64,000 nt of DNA. Source: Mycoplasmatota bacterium. Lineage in GTDB: Bacteria > Bacillota_I > Bacilli_A > MAG-NZ. Position 1 is the first letter of the stretch, and each line of letters starts with the position of its first letter. The DNA is taken from positions 744,001 through 808,000 of the forward strand of contig CP074575.1 in the NCBI GenBank assembly GCA_018394315.1, in the 5' to 3' direction. A program made the translations under genes and the position numbers. This document shows, piece after piece, positions 43,052 to 51,586 of the stretch. The notes under the pieces are model-generated. The model did no database searches. It was not told the origin of the DNA and saw nothing but the letters and a program-made list of their open reading frames with translations.

Positions 43052-44380
43052 TTGAATATATATAATACTTTAAGTAATAGATTAGAAGAATTCAAGCCAA
43101 TAGAGAAAAATAAAGTAAGAATGTATGTTTGTGGACCTACCGTTTACAATTACATACATATTGGTAATGCTAGACCAGTTGTTTTTTTCGATGTTGTTAG
43201 AAGATATTTTCTTTATTTAGGTTATGATGTAAAGTTTGCATCTAATTTAACTGACGTAAATGATAAGATATATTTACAGACATTAAAAGAAAATATTGAT
43301 GAACTAGCAATAGCAAAAAAATATTCAGATGCATTTTTAGAGGATGCTCAGAATTTGAATTCTCTACCAGCAGATGTTGTTCCGAGAGTTACTGAGTATA
43401 TAGAAAAAATAGTTAAGTATGTGGAACAACTGATTGAAAAAGGATTCGCTTATGAGTCGGATGGAGATGTTTACTTTAGAGTTACAAAACTTAAAGAGTA
43501 TGGTAAACTAAGTGGACAGAAAATTGATGATTTAATTTCTGGTGCAAGAGTTGAACTTAATGAAAAGAAAGAAAATCCATTAGATTTCATGTTATGGAAA
43601 CATAATACTGAAGGTAATACTTACGATGCTCCATTTGGTGATGGGAGACCTGGATGGCATACTGAGTGTAGCGCAATGATTGATGATATATTTGCTGGAG
43701 AAGTAGATATTCATGGTGGAGGTAGTGATCTAAGATTTCCGCATCATGAAAATGAGCTTGCTCAAACTAAAGCTTTACATGGAAGAAATCTTGCTCGCAT
43801 TTGGATGCATAATGGTAGATTAGACTTAAATGATGATAAAATGAGTAAGTCTTTAGGAAATACGATTCTAGTAAGAGATTTATTGAAAGAGTATGATGCT
43901 AACGCTTATAGATTGTTACTATTATCTACTTATTATAGAAGTCCTATTAACTATACAACTGAATTAATGGATTATTTTAAGAATGAGTACGAGAAAGTTT
44001 TAAGAGCTAAGAAACAGTTGTTTTTGGATCTCGATTTAAATGATGCATTTTCTGATGATGTTTTCGATGAGGCTTCAATAACGGAGCTAGAGAAGGCAAT
44101 GAACGATGATTTTAATACACCAAATGTAATAACGGGGTTACAAAGTTTAGTAAAAAGAATTAATGTATCGTTAAGAGGTAAAGATAATAAGGATATACTT
44201 GTCTCTTTGTACAATAGTCTAGAAACTTATTTATATGTTCTAGGACTTAAGATAGATTTAGAGCGAATGGAATCAAGTGATAAAGAATTATATTTATTAT
44301 GGCAAGGTGCAAGAAAAAATAAAGAATTTGATAAAGCTGATGAGTATCGTAAAGAATTAGTGCAAAAAGGAATTATCTAA
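43052..44380 (+). CDS. cysS: Cysteine--tRNA ligase
   Basis: YVCGPTVY, HIGN, GRPGWHxEC, KMSKS; TTG start. Confidence 0.97.
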   Translation: MNIYNTLSNRLEEFKPIEKNKVRMYVCGPTVYNYIHIGNARPVVFFDVVRRYFLYLGYDVKFASNLTDVNDKIYLQTLKENIDELAIAKKYSDAFLEDAQNLNSLPADVVPRVTEYIEKIVKYVEQLIEKGFAYESDGDVYFRVTKLKEYGKLSGQKIDDLISGARVELNEKKENPLDFMLWKHNTEGNTYDAPFGDGRPGWHTECSAMIDDIFAGEVDIHGGGSDLRFPHHENELAQTKALHGRNLARIWMHNGRLDLNDDKMSKSLGNTILVRDLLKEYDANAYRLLLLSTYYRSPINYTTELMDYFKNEYEKVLRAKKQLFLDLDLNDAFSDDVFDEASITELEKAMNDDFNTPNVITGLQSLVKRINVSLRGKDNKDILVSLYNSLETYLYVLGLKIDLERMESSDKELYLLWQGARKNKEFDKADEYRKELVQKGII

Positions 44381-44748
44381 TGAATGGATTAAGTTATGCT
44401 TATTTAGGTGATGCAGTCTATGAACTTAAAGTGCGCGAGCATTTAATTAACAAGGGTATTTTTGTAATTAACAAGTTACACAATGAAGCTGTTAAGTTTA
44501 CGAGTGCAAAATCTCAAAGTTACGTTATACGAAAGTTAATTGATGATGAGCTCTTAAGTGAGAAAGAGTATAAAATGTTTAAACTTGGAAGAAATTCAGA
44601 TGCAAAACAAGGAAAGAAATCTGCAAGCATGATGGAGTATAAACACTCAACAGGATTAGAATCACTAATTGGGTACTTATATATTAAAGATATAGATAGA
44701 TTGAATGAAATTATGAGGATTATTATTAAAACCATTGAGGAGAGATAG
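44380..44748 (+). CDS. mrnC: Mini-ribonuclease III
   Basis: AYLGDAVYE, GRN, STGLESLIGYL; cysS-mrnC-rlmB synteny. Confidence 0.93.
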   Translation: MNGLSYAYLGDAVYELKVREHLINKGIFVINKLHNEAVKFTSAKSQSYVIRKLIDDELLSEKEYKMFKLGRNSDAKQGKKSASMMEYKHSTGLESLIGYLYIKDIDRLNEIMRIIIKTIEER

Positions 44749-44749
44749 G

Positions 44750-45466
44750 ATGCCAAACAAAATTTTTGGAAGAAACGTAGTATTGAATGCAGTTGAGGCT
44801 AACAGAAAATTTTTTGAAATCTATGTTAGTTATCAGAGTCTACAGACTTGCGAGGATGTACTTAAATATGCAAATGACAGACATGTTAAAATCAATATTT
44901 TATCTCGTAAAGAAATGGATTTAAAATTTCCAAATGATAAACATCAAGGAATAGTAGCCTTTGTAGAGGATTATCAGTATTTTGATTTAGATAAAATAAT
45001 AGAAAACAACGACAGTCCGTTTCTTGTTATATTAGATGGGCTTGAAGATCCACACAATTTAGGAGCTATTTTAAGGACTGCAGATGCCACCAATGTGGAT
45101 TGCGTAATTATCCCTAAAAATAGATCTGTTGGATTAAATTCAACCGTAGCAAAAGTCTCAACGGGTGCAATCGAGCATGTTCCAGTTGCTCAAGTAACTA
45201 ATTTGACTCAAACTATAAAAAAAATCAAAGAGCATGGAATTTGGGTTGTGGGTGCAGATACTGATTCTGAGATGAAGTATAATGAAATAGATGGCAATAT
45301 GAGAATAGCTTTAGTAATTGGTTCTGAGGGTAAAGGAATAAGTAGATTAGTAAAGGAACAATGTGATTATTTGGTTAATATTCCTATGAACGGACATGTT
45401 AATTCACTGAATGCATCCGTATCGGCTGCATTGCTTATGTATCAAGTATTTAATGATCGAAATTAA
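44750..45466 (+). CDS. rlmB: 23S rRNA (Gm2251) methyltransferase
   Basis: HQGIVA, LDGLEDPHNLGAILR, GSEGKG, SLNASV. ATG 44750 follows GAGGAG. Confidence 0.94.
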   Translation: MPNKIFGRNVVLNAVEANRKFFEIYVSYQSLQTCEDVLKYANDRHVKINILSRKEMDLKFPNDKHQGIVAFVEDYQYFDLDKIIENNDSPFLVILDGLEDPHNLGAILRTADATNVDCVIIPKNRSVGLNSTVAKVSTGAIEHVPVAQVTNLTQTIKKIKEHGIWVVGADTDSEMKYNEIDGNMRIALVIGSEGKGISRLVKEQCDYLVNIPMNGHVNSLNASVSAALLMYQVFNDRN

Positions 45467-45484
45467 GATTGGAGTGAATTAATA

Positions 45485-46012
45485 ATTAATGATTATGAAT
45501 TGTTATATTTAATAAGTGAAGGAAATGAAAAAGCATTAGAAATAATGTTAGAAAAATATAAGAAACTAATTCTTTCTAAAATATACCGATTTAACATAAG
45601 ACAAAATCAAAAAGAAGATTATTTTCAAGAAGGGTGTTCTATTCTTCTTGAAGCAATTAAAGTTTTCAACCCCAAGTTTAACAAAACGTTTACGAGATTC
45701 TTTGAGTTATTACTTGTTCGTAGATTTATGAGTTTACTAAAAAAAGAGAGTAAGACACTTTACTCAATAAGTGATGAGGATTTAAGTAAGTTCATTGTAA
45801 AGGAAGAAGAAGTGATTATGATTCAAGATAATCATTTGGATTTAGCTAAGGAAACATTAAGCGAAGTGGAGTATTTGATTTTCTACGAATTATATTATTT
45901 GGAGAATGGTATTCGAGAAACGTCTATGAAACTTGGATATAGTGAAAAAAGAATATATAATGCTATATATCGAATTAAGAATAAAATGAAAACCTTGGTA
46001 GTGGTTTCTTGA
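45485..46012 (+). CDS. sigH: SigH/ComX-like alternative sigma-70 factor (probable ATT start; ORF track gives TTG 45500)
   Basis: NDYELLYLI, EDYFQEG, region-4 YNAIYRIKNK; canonical sigH position between rlmB and rpmG. Confidence 0.75.
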   Translation: MNDYELLYLISEGNEKALEIMLEKYKKLILSKIYRFNIRQNQKEDYFQEGCSILLEAIKVFNPKFNKTFTRFFELLLVRRFMSLLKKESKTLYSISDEDLSKFIVKEEEVIMIQDNHLDLAKETLSEVEYLIFYELYYLENGIRETSMKLGYSEKRIYNAIYRIKNKMKTLVVVS

Positions 46013-46062
46013 CATTTAATTGGAAGTTTGATATATTTTTATAGCATAAAAGGGTAGATAAT

Positions 46063-46209
46063 ATGAGAAAAAAAGTAATTTTGGTCTGTACTGAGTGTAT
46101 GTCAAGAAACTACACTAGGGAGAAGAACGCAACTTCTAATGAGAGATTAGAAGTTAAAAAGTATTGTAAAAAGTGTAATAGGCATACTATCCATAAAGAG
46201 ACTAAGTAA
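46063..46209 (+). CDS. rpmG: 50S ribosomal protein L33, Zn-binding form (not in ORF track)
   Basis: [48 protein letters not shown]. Confidence 0.96.
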   Translation: MRKKVILVCTECMSRNYTREKNATSNERLEVKKYCKKCNRHTIHKETK

Positions 46210-46250
46210 TTTATATAAAGTTGATGTTAATCATCACAGGAGGAATTATT

Positions 46251-46643
46251 ATGAGTGAGAAAAAGAAAAATAGAGTATGGGAAATTGTAACAAAGGACTA
46301 CAAATATGAAAGTGTAATATTGACAGTTATTTCGATAGTGATAATGATAATATCTGCATATATAATTAATGGTACTTTAACTATTAGACCTAGCTTTCCT
46401 GTTTTAGGAACATATCCACTAGTTTCTGCGATTGTATTTTTTGTAGCAGGATTTGTTGGACTAGTTGTTGGAAGTTGGCCAATCTTTAAACCTTCTTTCA
46501 AAGAGGTTAATAGATTAACACCACCTACTAAAAAGACTTACGGTGATCATATTGTTAAAGTATTTACATTCATTCTTGGATTAACTGCGATATTTTTGGT
46601 TTACGATTCAATCATGAATGTGTTTATTAAATTGTTTCAATAG
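46251..46643 (+). CDS. secE: Preprotein translocase SecE, long three-TM form
   Basis: KEVNRLTPPTKK hinge + final TM; lies between rpmG and nusG; ATG 46251 follows AGGAGG. Confidence 0.8.
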   Translation: MSEKKKNRVWEIVTKDYKYESVILTVISIVIMIISAYIINGTLTIRPSFPVLGTYPLVSAIVFFVAGFVGLVVGSWPIFKPSFKEVNRLTPPTKKTYGDHIVKVFTFILGLTAIFLVYDSIMNVFIKLFQ

Positions 46644-46652
46644 GAGAATATA

Positions 46653-47192
46653 ATGGAACAAAGACATTGGTATATAGCCCAAACTAGTTCAGGATTTGAA
46701 AAATCAGTAAAATTAAATCTAGAAAGAAGAATTACATCGATGGGAATGGAAGATTTTATTTTTCAAGTATTTATTCCTGAGACAATTGAAATTGATGTAA
46801 AGGCTGATGGTAAAAAGGTTGAAAAACTTAAAAAAATGTTTCCTGGATATGTATTTGTGGAAATGATAGTAACTGATGAATCTTGGTTCATTGTTAGAAA
46901 TACTCCCGGCGTAACAGGATTTTTAGGTTCAAGTGGAGGAGGAACTAAACCGGTCCCTTTAGCTCTTGATGAGATTGAACCTATTTTAAAGAAATGTGGA
47001 ATGATTGAAGAAATTGAATTAGATGCTGAAATTGGAGACAAGGCACATGTAATAGAAGGACCTTTCTCAGGTCAAATTGGTACAATTAATAGTATAGATC
47101 AGGATAATCAAAAATTAGAAATACTGGTTGATATGTTTGGACGAAGTACTCCTATTGAGTTATCATTCTCACAAGTAGATATAAGAAAGTAA
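46653..47192 (+). CDS. nusG: Transcription factor NusG
   Basis: FPGYVFVEM, RNTPGVTGF, KOW GPF, MFGRxTP. Confidence 0.97.
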   Translation: MEQRHWYIAQTSSGFEKSVKLNLERRITSMGMEDFIFQVFIPETIEIDVKADGKKVEKLKKMFPGYVFVEMIVTDESWFIVRNTPGVTGFLGSSGGGTKPVPLALDEIEPILKKCGMIEEIELDAEIGDKAHVIEGPFSGQIGTINSIDQDNQKLEILVDMFGRSTPIELSFSQVDIRK

Positions 47193-47218
47193 GCTAGATG
47201 AAATATCTAGCTTTTTTT
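47191..47218 (+). terminator. Intrinsic terminator
   Basis: AAGCTAGAT/ATCTAGCTT + T run. Confidence 0.85.
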
Positions 47219-47244
47219 GATATAATTAGTTGTGAGGTAGTACT

Positions 47245-47763
47245 ATGAAATTAATAGAAAAACTAAATTATACAACAAAGAGTTATAAATATATTGAGAA
47301 AAGACTCGCTGCAAGAGGCATTGCTCTTGATGGTAATAAAGTCTTGTTAATACACGTTAAGAAAGATGACACATACACTTTCCCAGGAGGAGGGCTAGAT
47401 GTTGATGAGTCACTTGAGGAAGCTTGTATAAGAGAAATGGAAGAAGAAGCGGGTGCTCAAGGTGTAGAAGTAATAGAAGAATTTGGGTATATCGATGAAA
47501 CAAGAGATAGTAGATTTACTAAAGATACAGCATTTAATATGATTAGTTATTATTTTTTGTGCAAGATTGATAATCTTAATGGTAAGATGAAATTGGAGAA
47601 TTATGAAAGAGAATTAGGATTTAGTGCAGTCTGGATTGATATTAGAGATGCGCTAGTGCATAACAAACAAGTTAAGGATAGTGTGAAATTCAGGTTTAAA
47701 AAAGTACGTTATCTGGATAGAGCGATAAAAATCTTAGAGTTGCTTGAAGGAGTGGTAAAATGA
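47245..47763 (+). CDS. NUDIX hydrolase
   Basis: Nudix box PGGGLDVDESLEEACIREMEEEAG. Confidence 0.92.
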   Translation: MKLIEKLNYTTKSYKYIEKRLAARGIALDGNKVLLIHVKKDDTYTFPGGGLDVDESLEEACIREMEEEAGAQGVEVIEEFGYIDETRDSRFTKDTAFNMISYYFLCKIDNLNGKMKLENYERELGFSAVWIDIRDALVHNKQVKDSVKFRFKKVRYLDRAIKILELLEGVVK

Positions 47764-48353
47764 ACAAGTTAGGACTAAAGCAAATTATAGTAGGAGTATT
47801 ACTATCCTTACTAGGTTTTATTATGATAGGAAGACCGATAGAATCAACTAGCATTTATATAATCGTCTTGAGTTTATTGATTATGACCTATTCTACATAT
47901 GAGTTGGTATTCCTATTTAAGGAAAAATCAAGTGGTTTTAGAGCAAAAGTAGTAAGTAGTGTACTTACAATCTTTATTTGTATGTTGGTTGTAATATCAC
48001 CTCTTGTAGGTATGAAAGTATTTATTTATATAATTGCTTTATTTATAATAGTTACTTCAATATATAGATTATCTAGCCACTATAAAAAATATGAAAGAGT
48101 AAGTTATCTTTCTATAGGAACTATTATATTGGGTGTAATAATGATATTTGATCCCATAGTTGTTATTGGGGTTACTACTTCTTTAATATCACTATCGTTA
48201 ATATTGCTTGGAGTAATAAAAATTTTAATTGGTATTGTAGTAAACAAATTTTCCGGTTCATCATTTCAAATGTTTAAAATGAAGGATACTTTTTATGATA
48301 ACAAAAAAGAGGATGATAACTTCATTGATGTTGATTATAAAGACTTAGAATAA
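47760..48353 (+). CDS. HdeD/DUF308-like membrane protein
   Basis: Six hydrophobic segments with repeated G...P pattern; acidic IDVDY tail. Confidence 0.65.
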   Translation: MNKLGLKQIIVGVLLSLLGFIMIGRPIESTSIYIIVLSLLIMTYSTYELVFLFKEKSSGFRAKVVSSVLTIFICMLVVISPLVGMKVFIYIIALFIIVTSIYRLSSHYKKYERVSYLSIGTIILGVIMIFDPIVVIGVTTSLISLSLILLGVIKILIGIVVNKFSGSSFQMFKMKDTFYDNKKEDDNFIDVDYKDLE

Positions 48354-48358
48354 TAAAC

Positions 48359-48390
48359 AAGAAGTACCACTTTCAAGTGATACTTCTTTT
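48359..48390 (+). terminator. Intrinsic terminator
   Basis: AAGAAGTA.CACT/AGTG.TACTTCTT + TT. Confidence 0.75.
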
Positions 48391-48423
48391 CTCTAGAAAA
48401 ACTATAGTTTGTTAAAAAAAAGA

Positions 48424-48452
48424 TTGACTTTGACACTCTACTTTAGTATAAT
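48424..48452 (+). promoter_or_regulatory. Sigma-A promoter of rplK-rplA
   Basis: TTGACT-17 nt-TATAAT. Confidence 0.85.
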
Positions 48453-48488
48453 ATATGGGCGTGTAATACGCCATGCTAATCATATTGA

Positions 48489-48516
48489 GTGGGAGGGTTT
48501 ATCCCAATAAGACCAC
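48489..48516 (+). promoter_or_regulatory. L1-binding mRNA element upstream of rplK
   Basis: GTGGGAG-hairpin-TAA.ACCAC, near-identical to the element before rplA. Confidence 0.75.
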
Positions 48517-48543
48517 ATCACAGACAACAAGGAGGTGCGTCTA

Positions 48544-48969
48544 GTGGCTAAAGAAGTAGCAAATGTAGTGAAACTACAAATACAAGCAGGTAGAGCTAAT
48601 CCAGCTCCACCAGTAGGACCAGCATTAGGTCAAGCTGGAGTGAATATTCAGGAATTTTGTCAAAGATTTAACGATGAAACAAAAGACAAAATGGGGAACA
48701 TTATTCCAGTTGTAATATCTGTTTATGATGACAGAAGTTTTACATTTGTTCTTAAAACACCACCAGCAAGTGATTTATTAAAGAAAGCTTGCAATATACA
48801 AAGTGGAAGTGCGTTAGGAGCTAATGAAACTGTTGCGACAATATCTCGCGATAAGTTAAAAGAAATAGCAGAAATTAAAATGCCAGACTTAAATGCGAAT
48901 GACATTGAGGCTGCAATGAATATTATTGCAGGTACTGCTAAAAACATGGGAATCGTTGTTGAGGACTAA
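48544..48969 (+). CDS. rplK: 50S ribosomal protein L11
   Basis: [15 protein letters not shown] 48544 follows AAGGAGGTG. Confidence 0.98.
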   Translation: MAKEVANVVKLQIQAGRANPAPPVGPALGQAGVNIQEFCQRFNDETKDKMGNIIPVVISVYDDRSFTFVLKTPPASDLLKKACNIQSGSALGANETVATISRDKLKEIAEIKMPDLNANDIEAAMNIIAGTAKNMGIVVED

Positions 48970-49000
48970 TCGCATTTAGGTTGTAAATACAATCTAAATC

Positions 49001-49025
49001 GTGGGAGGAGATTCCGTTAAACCAC
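49001..49025 (+). promoter_or_regulatory. L1-binding mRNA element upstream of rplA
   Basis: GTGGGAG-GAGATTCC-GTTAAACCAC. Confidence 0.75.
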
Positions 49026-49042
49026 ATTTAGGAGGAATAAAT

Positions 49043-49741
49043 ATGCCAAAAAGAGGTAAAAACCTTCAGACAGCGATTACTAAATTAGAAAAAGGTAAAC
49101 GCTATGAAGTAGCGGAAGCTGTAAAACTTGTAAAAGAGTTGAGCTTCGAGAAATTTGATGCAACTGTAGAATTAGCAATTAGATTGAATGTTGACCCACG
49201 TAAAGCGGATCAAAATATCCGTGGTGCTATGGTATTACCACATGGTACAGGTAAAACACAAACAATCTTAGTGTTTGCTAAAGGTGAACAAGCAAAACAA
49301 GCTGAAGAAGCAGGGGCTGACTTCGTTGGAGACAGCGAAATGGTAGCGAAAGTTCAAGGTGGATGGATGGACTTTGATGTAGTAGTTGCTACACCAAACA
49401 TGATGAGTGAAGTAGGTAAACTAGGTCGAGTGTTAGGACCAAGAGGTTTAATGCCGAACCCAAAAACTGGAACTGTTACAATGGATGTTACAAAAGCAAT
49501 CAGTGAAATTAAAGCTGGTAAAGTAGAGTACAGAAATGATAAAGTTGGGAATGTTCAAGTTCCTGTAGGTAAAGTATCATTTGATGGAAATAAAATTGAG
49601 GAAAACATTATTGCGATGTATACTCAATTGATGAGAATCAAACCAGCAACAGTAAAAGGTACGTATGTACAAAATATTTCAATTTCATCTACAATGGGAC
49701 CTGGTATCAAGTTAGATGCCGATTCACTTGTAGTAGGTTAA
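49043..49741 (+). CDS. rplA: 50S ribosomal protein L1
   Basis: [33 protein letters not shown] 49043. Confidence 0.98.
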   Translation: MPKRGKNLQTAITKLEKGKRYEVAEAVKLVKELSFEKFDATVELAIRLNVDPRKADQNIRGAMVLPHGTGKTQTILVFAKGEQAKQAEEAGADFVGDSEMVAKVQGGWMDFDVVVATPNMMSEVGKLGRVLGPRGLMPNPKTGTVTMDVTKAISEIKAGKVEYRNDKVGNVQVPVGKVSFDGNKIEENIIAMYTQLMRIKPATVKGTYVQNISISSTMGPGIKLDADSLVVG

Positions 49742-49769
49742 TATATAACTAATAAAGCATGGTTAGTGT

Positions 49770-49864
49770 TCCGTAGACAGTAGGTGCTAAAGGCTTAATT
49801 TCCTACCGAGGTAAAAATCATTATTATGATTATCCTCTTTTGTCTATTGATAAGAGAGGTTTTT
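49770..49864 (+). ncRNA. L10 leader (autoregulatory)
   Basis: CCGTAGACAGTAGG...TTAA..CCTACCGAGG core and downstream CCTCT/AGAGG attenuator hairpin before rplJ. Confidence 0.85.
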
Positions 49865-49890
49865 GATTAGAAAAGCAGGAGGTGGAATAA

Positions 49891-50388
49891 ATGAATGAGT
49901 TAATACTTCAACAAAAACAAAATGAAGTAAGTGCTCTAACTGCTAAAATCAATGAATCAGCATCAGTAGTAGTAGTGGATTATTTAGGATTAACAGTTTC
50001 TCAAGTAACTGATTTGCGTAGAAGACTACGAGCAGAAGGTTGTGAAATGAAAGTAATCAAAAATAACATCGTTAGACGTGCTGCAAAAGAAGCTGGTTAC
50101 GAAGAGTTAGTAGATTCACTAACAGGTCCAAACGCAATCGCTTTCTCAAATGAGGATTCAATTGCTGCAGCTAAAGTATTATATGACTTTGCTAAAGATA
50201 ATAAGATGCTTGACTTAAAAGTTGGGGTTATCGATGGTAACTATGTTAGTAACGAAGAACTAATGGTATACGCAACAATTCCATCAAGAGAAACTTTGTT
50301 AACAATGTTAGCAGCTGGTATGATGGGTACTGTAAAAGATTTAGCGATCTCATTACACTTGTATACTGAAGAGGATTCTGAAGAATAA
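49891..50388 (+). CDS. rplJ: 50S ribosomal protein L10
   Basis: DYxGLTV, VIKN, GPNAIAF, IPSRETLL. Confidence 0.97.
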   Translation: MNELILQQKQNEVSALTAKINESASVVVVDYLGLTVSQVTDLRRRLRAEGCEMKVIKNNIVRRAAKEAGYEELVDSLTGPNAIAFSNEDSIAAAKVLYDFAKDNKMLDLKVGVIDGNYVSNEELMVYATIPSRETLLTMLAAGMMGTVKDLAISLHLYTEEDSEE

Positions 50389-50471
50389 GAATTCAACAAT
50401 TATAATTTTAAAGACAATTTCCGTGAAGGAAGTAAATAAAGTCTATTTAGACTGATAGGAGGATTAAATTA

Positions 50472-50837
50472 ATGGCTAAATTAACAAGAGATGCTTTTAT
50501 TGAAGCATTAAAAGAAATGACTATTTTAGAAGTAAAAGAATTAGTTGATGCTATGAAAGAAGAATTTGGTGTAGATCCAAGTGCTGTGGCTGCTGCTGCA
50601 CCTCAAGCTGCTGCTGATACTGCTCCAACTGAAGTAAGCGTAGTTTTAACTAGCCCTGGTGCTAAGAAAATTGCAGTAATCAAAGTGGTTAAAGAATTAA
50701 CTGGTTTAGGATTAAAAGAAGCAAAAGCATTAGTTGATGGTGCACCAACACCTATTAAAGAAGGTATTAAACCTGAAGAAGCAAGTGAAATTAAAGCACA
50801 GTTAGAAGAAGCTGGAGCAATCGTAGAAGTTAAATAA
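50472..50837 (+). CDS. rplL: 50S ribosomal protein L7/L12
   Basis: Ala-rich hinge, [22 protein letters not shown]. Confidence 0.98.
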   Translation: MAKLTRDAFIEALKEMTILEVKELVDAMKEEFGVDPSAVAAAAPQAAADTAPTEVSVVLTSPGAKKIAVIKVVKELTGLGLKEAKALVDGAPTPIKEGIKPEEASEIKAQLEEAGAIVEVK

Positions 50838-50849
50838 TTTTGGTAATAA

Positions 50850-50882
50850 TCTGGGCAGAATATTTTTCTGCCCAGAGATTTC
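50850..50882 (+). terminator. Strong hairpin with poor U-tract after rplL (leaky terminator or processing site)
   Basis: TCTGGGCAGAA/TTCTGCCCAGA 11-bp stem followed by GATTT. Confidence 0.6.
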
Positions 50883-50899
50883 CATAAAAAGGTGATTAA

Positions 50900-51514
50900 A
50901 TGAATCACTACTATATGAATAATAACGATCTAAAAAGTGAGCCTAAAGAAATAAGGGCTGTTTTTAGCGTTTGTAGTTTCTCTTTTATTACTGATAATGG
51001 TGTATTTTCAAAAGGTAGTGTTGATTACGGTTCAAAAGTACTTATTAATGCATTGAGTAAGTATTTTGAAACTATACCATTAAAAGGAAAGAGAGTATTG
51101 GATGTAGGCTGTGGTTATGGACCAATCGGGATAGTTTTGGGTACGCTCTACCCTAAACTTAGAATGGATATGGTCGATATTAGTGATAGAGCGATCGAGT
51201 TAGCTAGGAATAATATAAAACTCAACAATGTTAGTAACGTTTCTATATTTAAGTCTAATTTGTACGACAATGTGACAAATAAATATTCGATTATTATTTC
51301 AAACCCACCGATTAGAGCGGGTAAGCACATCGTTCATGCGATACTTGAGAATGCTAAAAAGTATTTAGAAGATTTAGGTGAATTATGGATTGTTATTCAG
51401 AAAAAGCAAGGCGCTCCTTCGGCTAAGAAAAAGATGATTCATGTCTTTGGAAATGCTGAGGTAGTAGAACGTGATAAAGGCTATTTTATTATTAGGAGTA
51501 TAAACAAGAATTAA
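50900..51514 (+). CDS. RsmC/YbxB-like class I SAM methyltransferase
   Basis: GVFSKxxVDYGS, LDVGCGYG, SNPPIRAGK; rplL-ybxB-rpoB synteny. Confidence 0.9.
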   Translation: MNHYYMNNNDLKSEPKEIRAVFSVCSFSFITDNGVFSKGSVDYGSKVLINALSKYFETIPLKGKRVLDVGCGYGPIGIVLGTLYPKLRMDMVDISDRAIELARNNIKLNNVSNVSIFKSNLYDNVTNKYSIIISNPPIRAGKHIVHAILENAKKYLEDLGELWIVIQKKQGAPSAKKKMIHVFGNAEVVERDKGYFIIRSINKN

Positions 51515-51586
51515 TTTTATACTTTTACCTAATGTGAAATGTGGTTATTTATCCTATATTTATATATTAAATGAGGGGTGAAAAAC

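Noticed and set aside
50389..50471. Short hairpins between rplJ and rplL
   Set aside because: Weak stems; cannot be distinguished from chance without comparative data.
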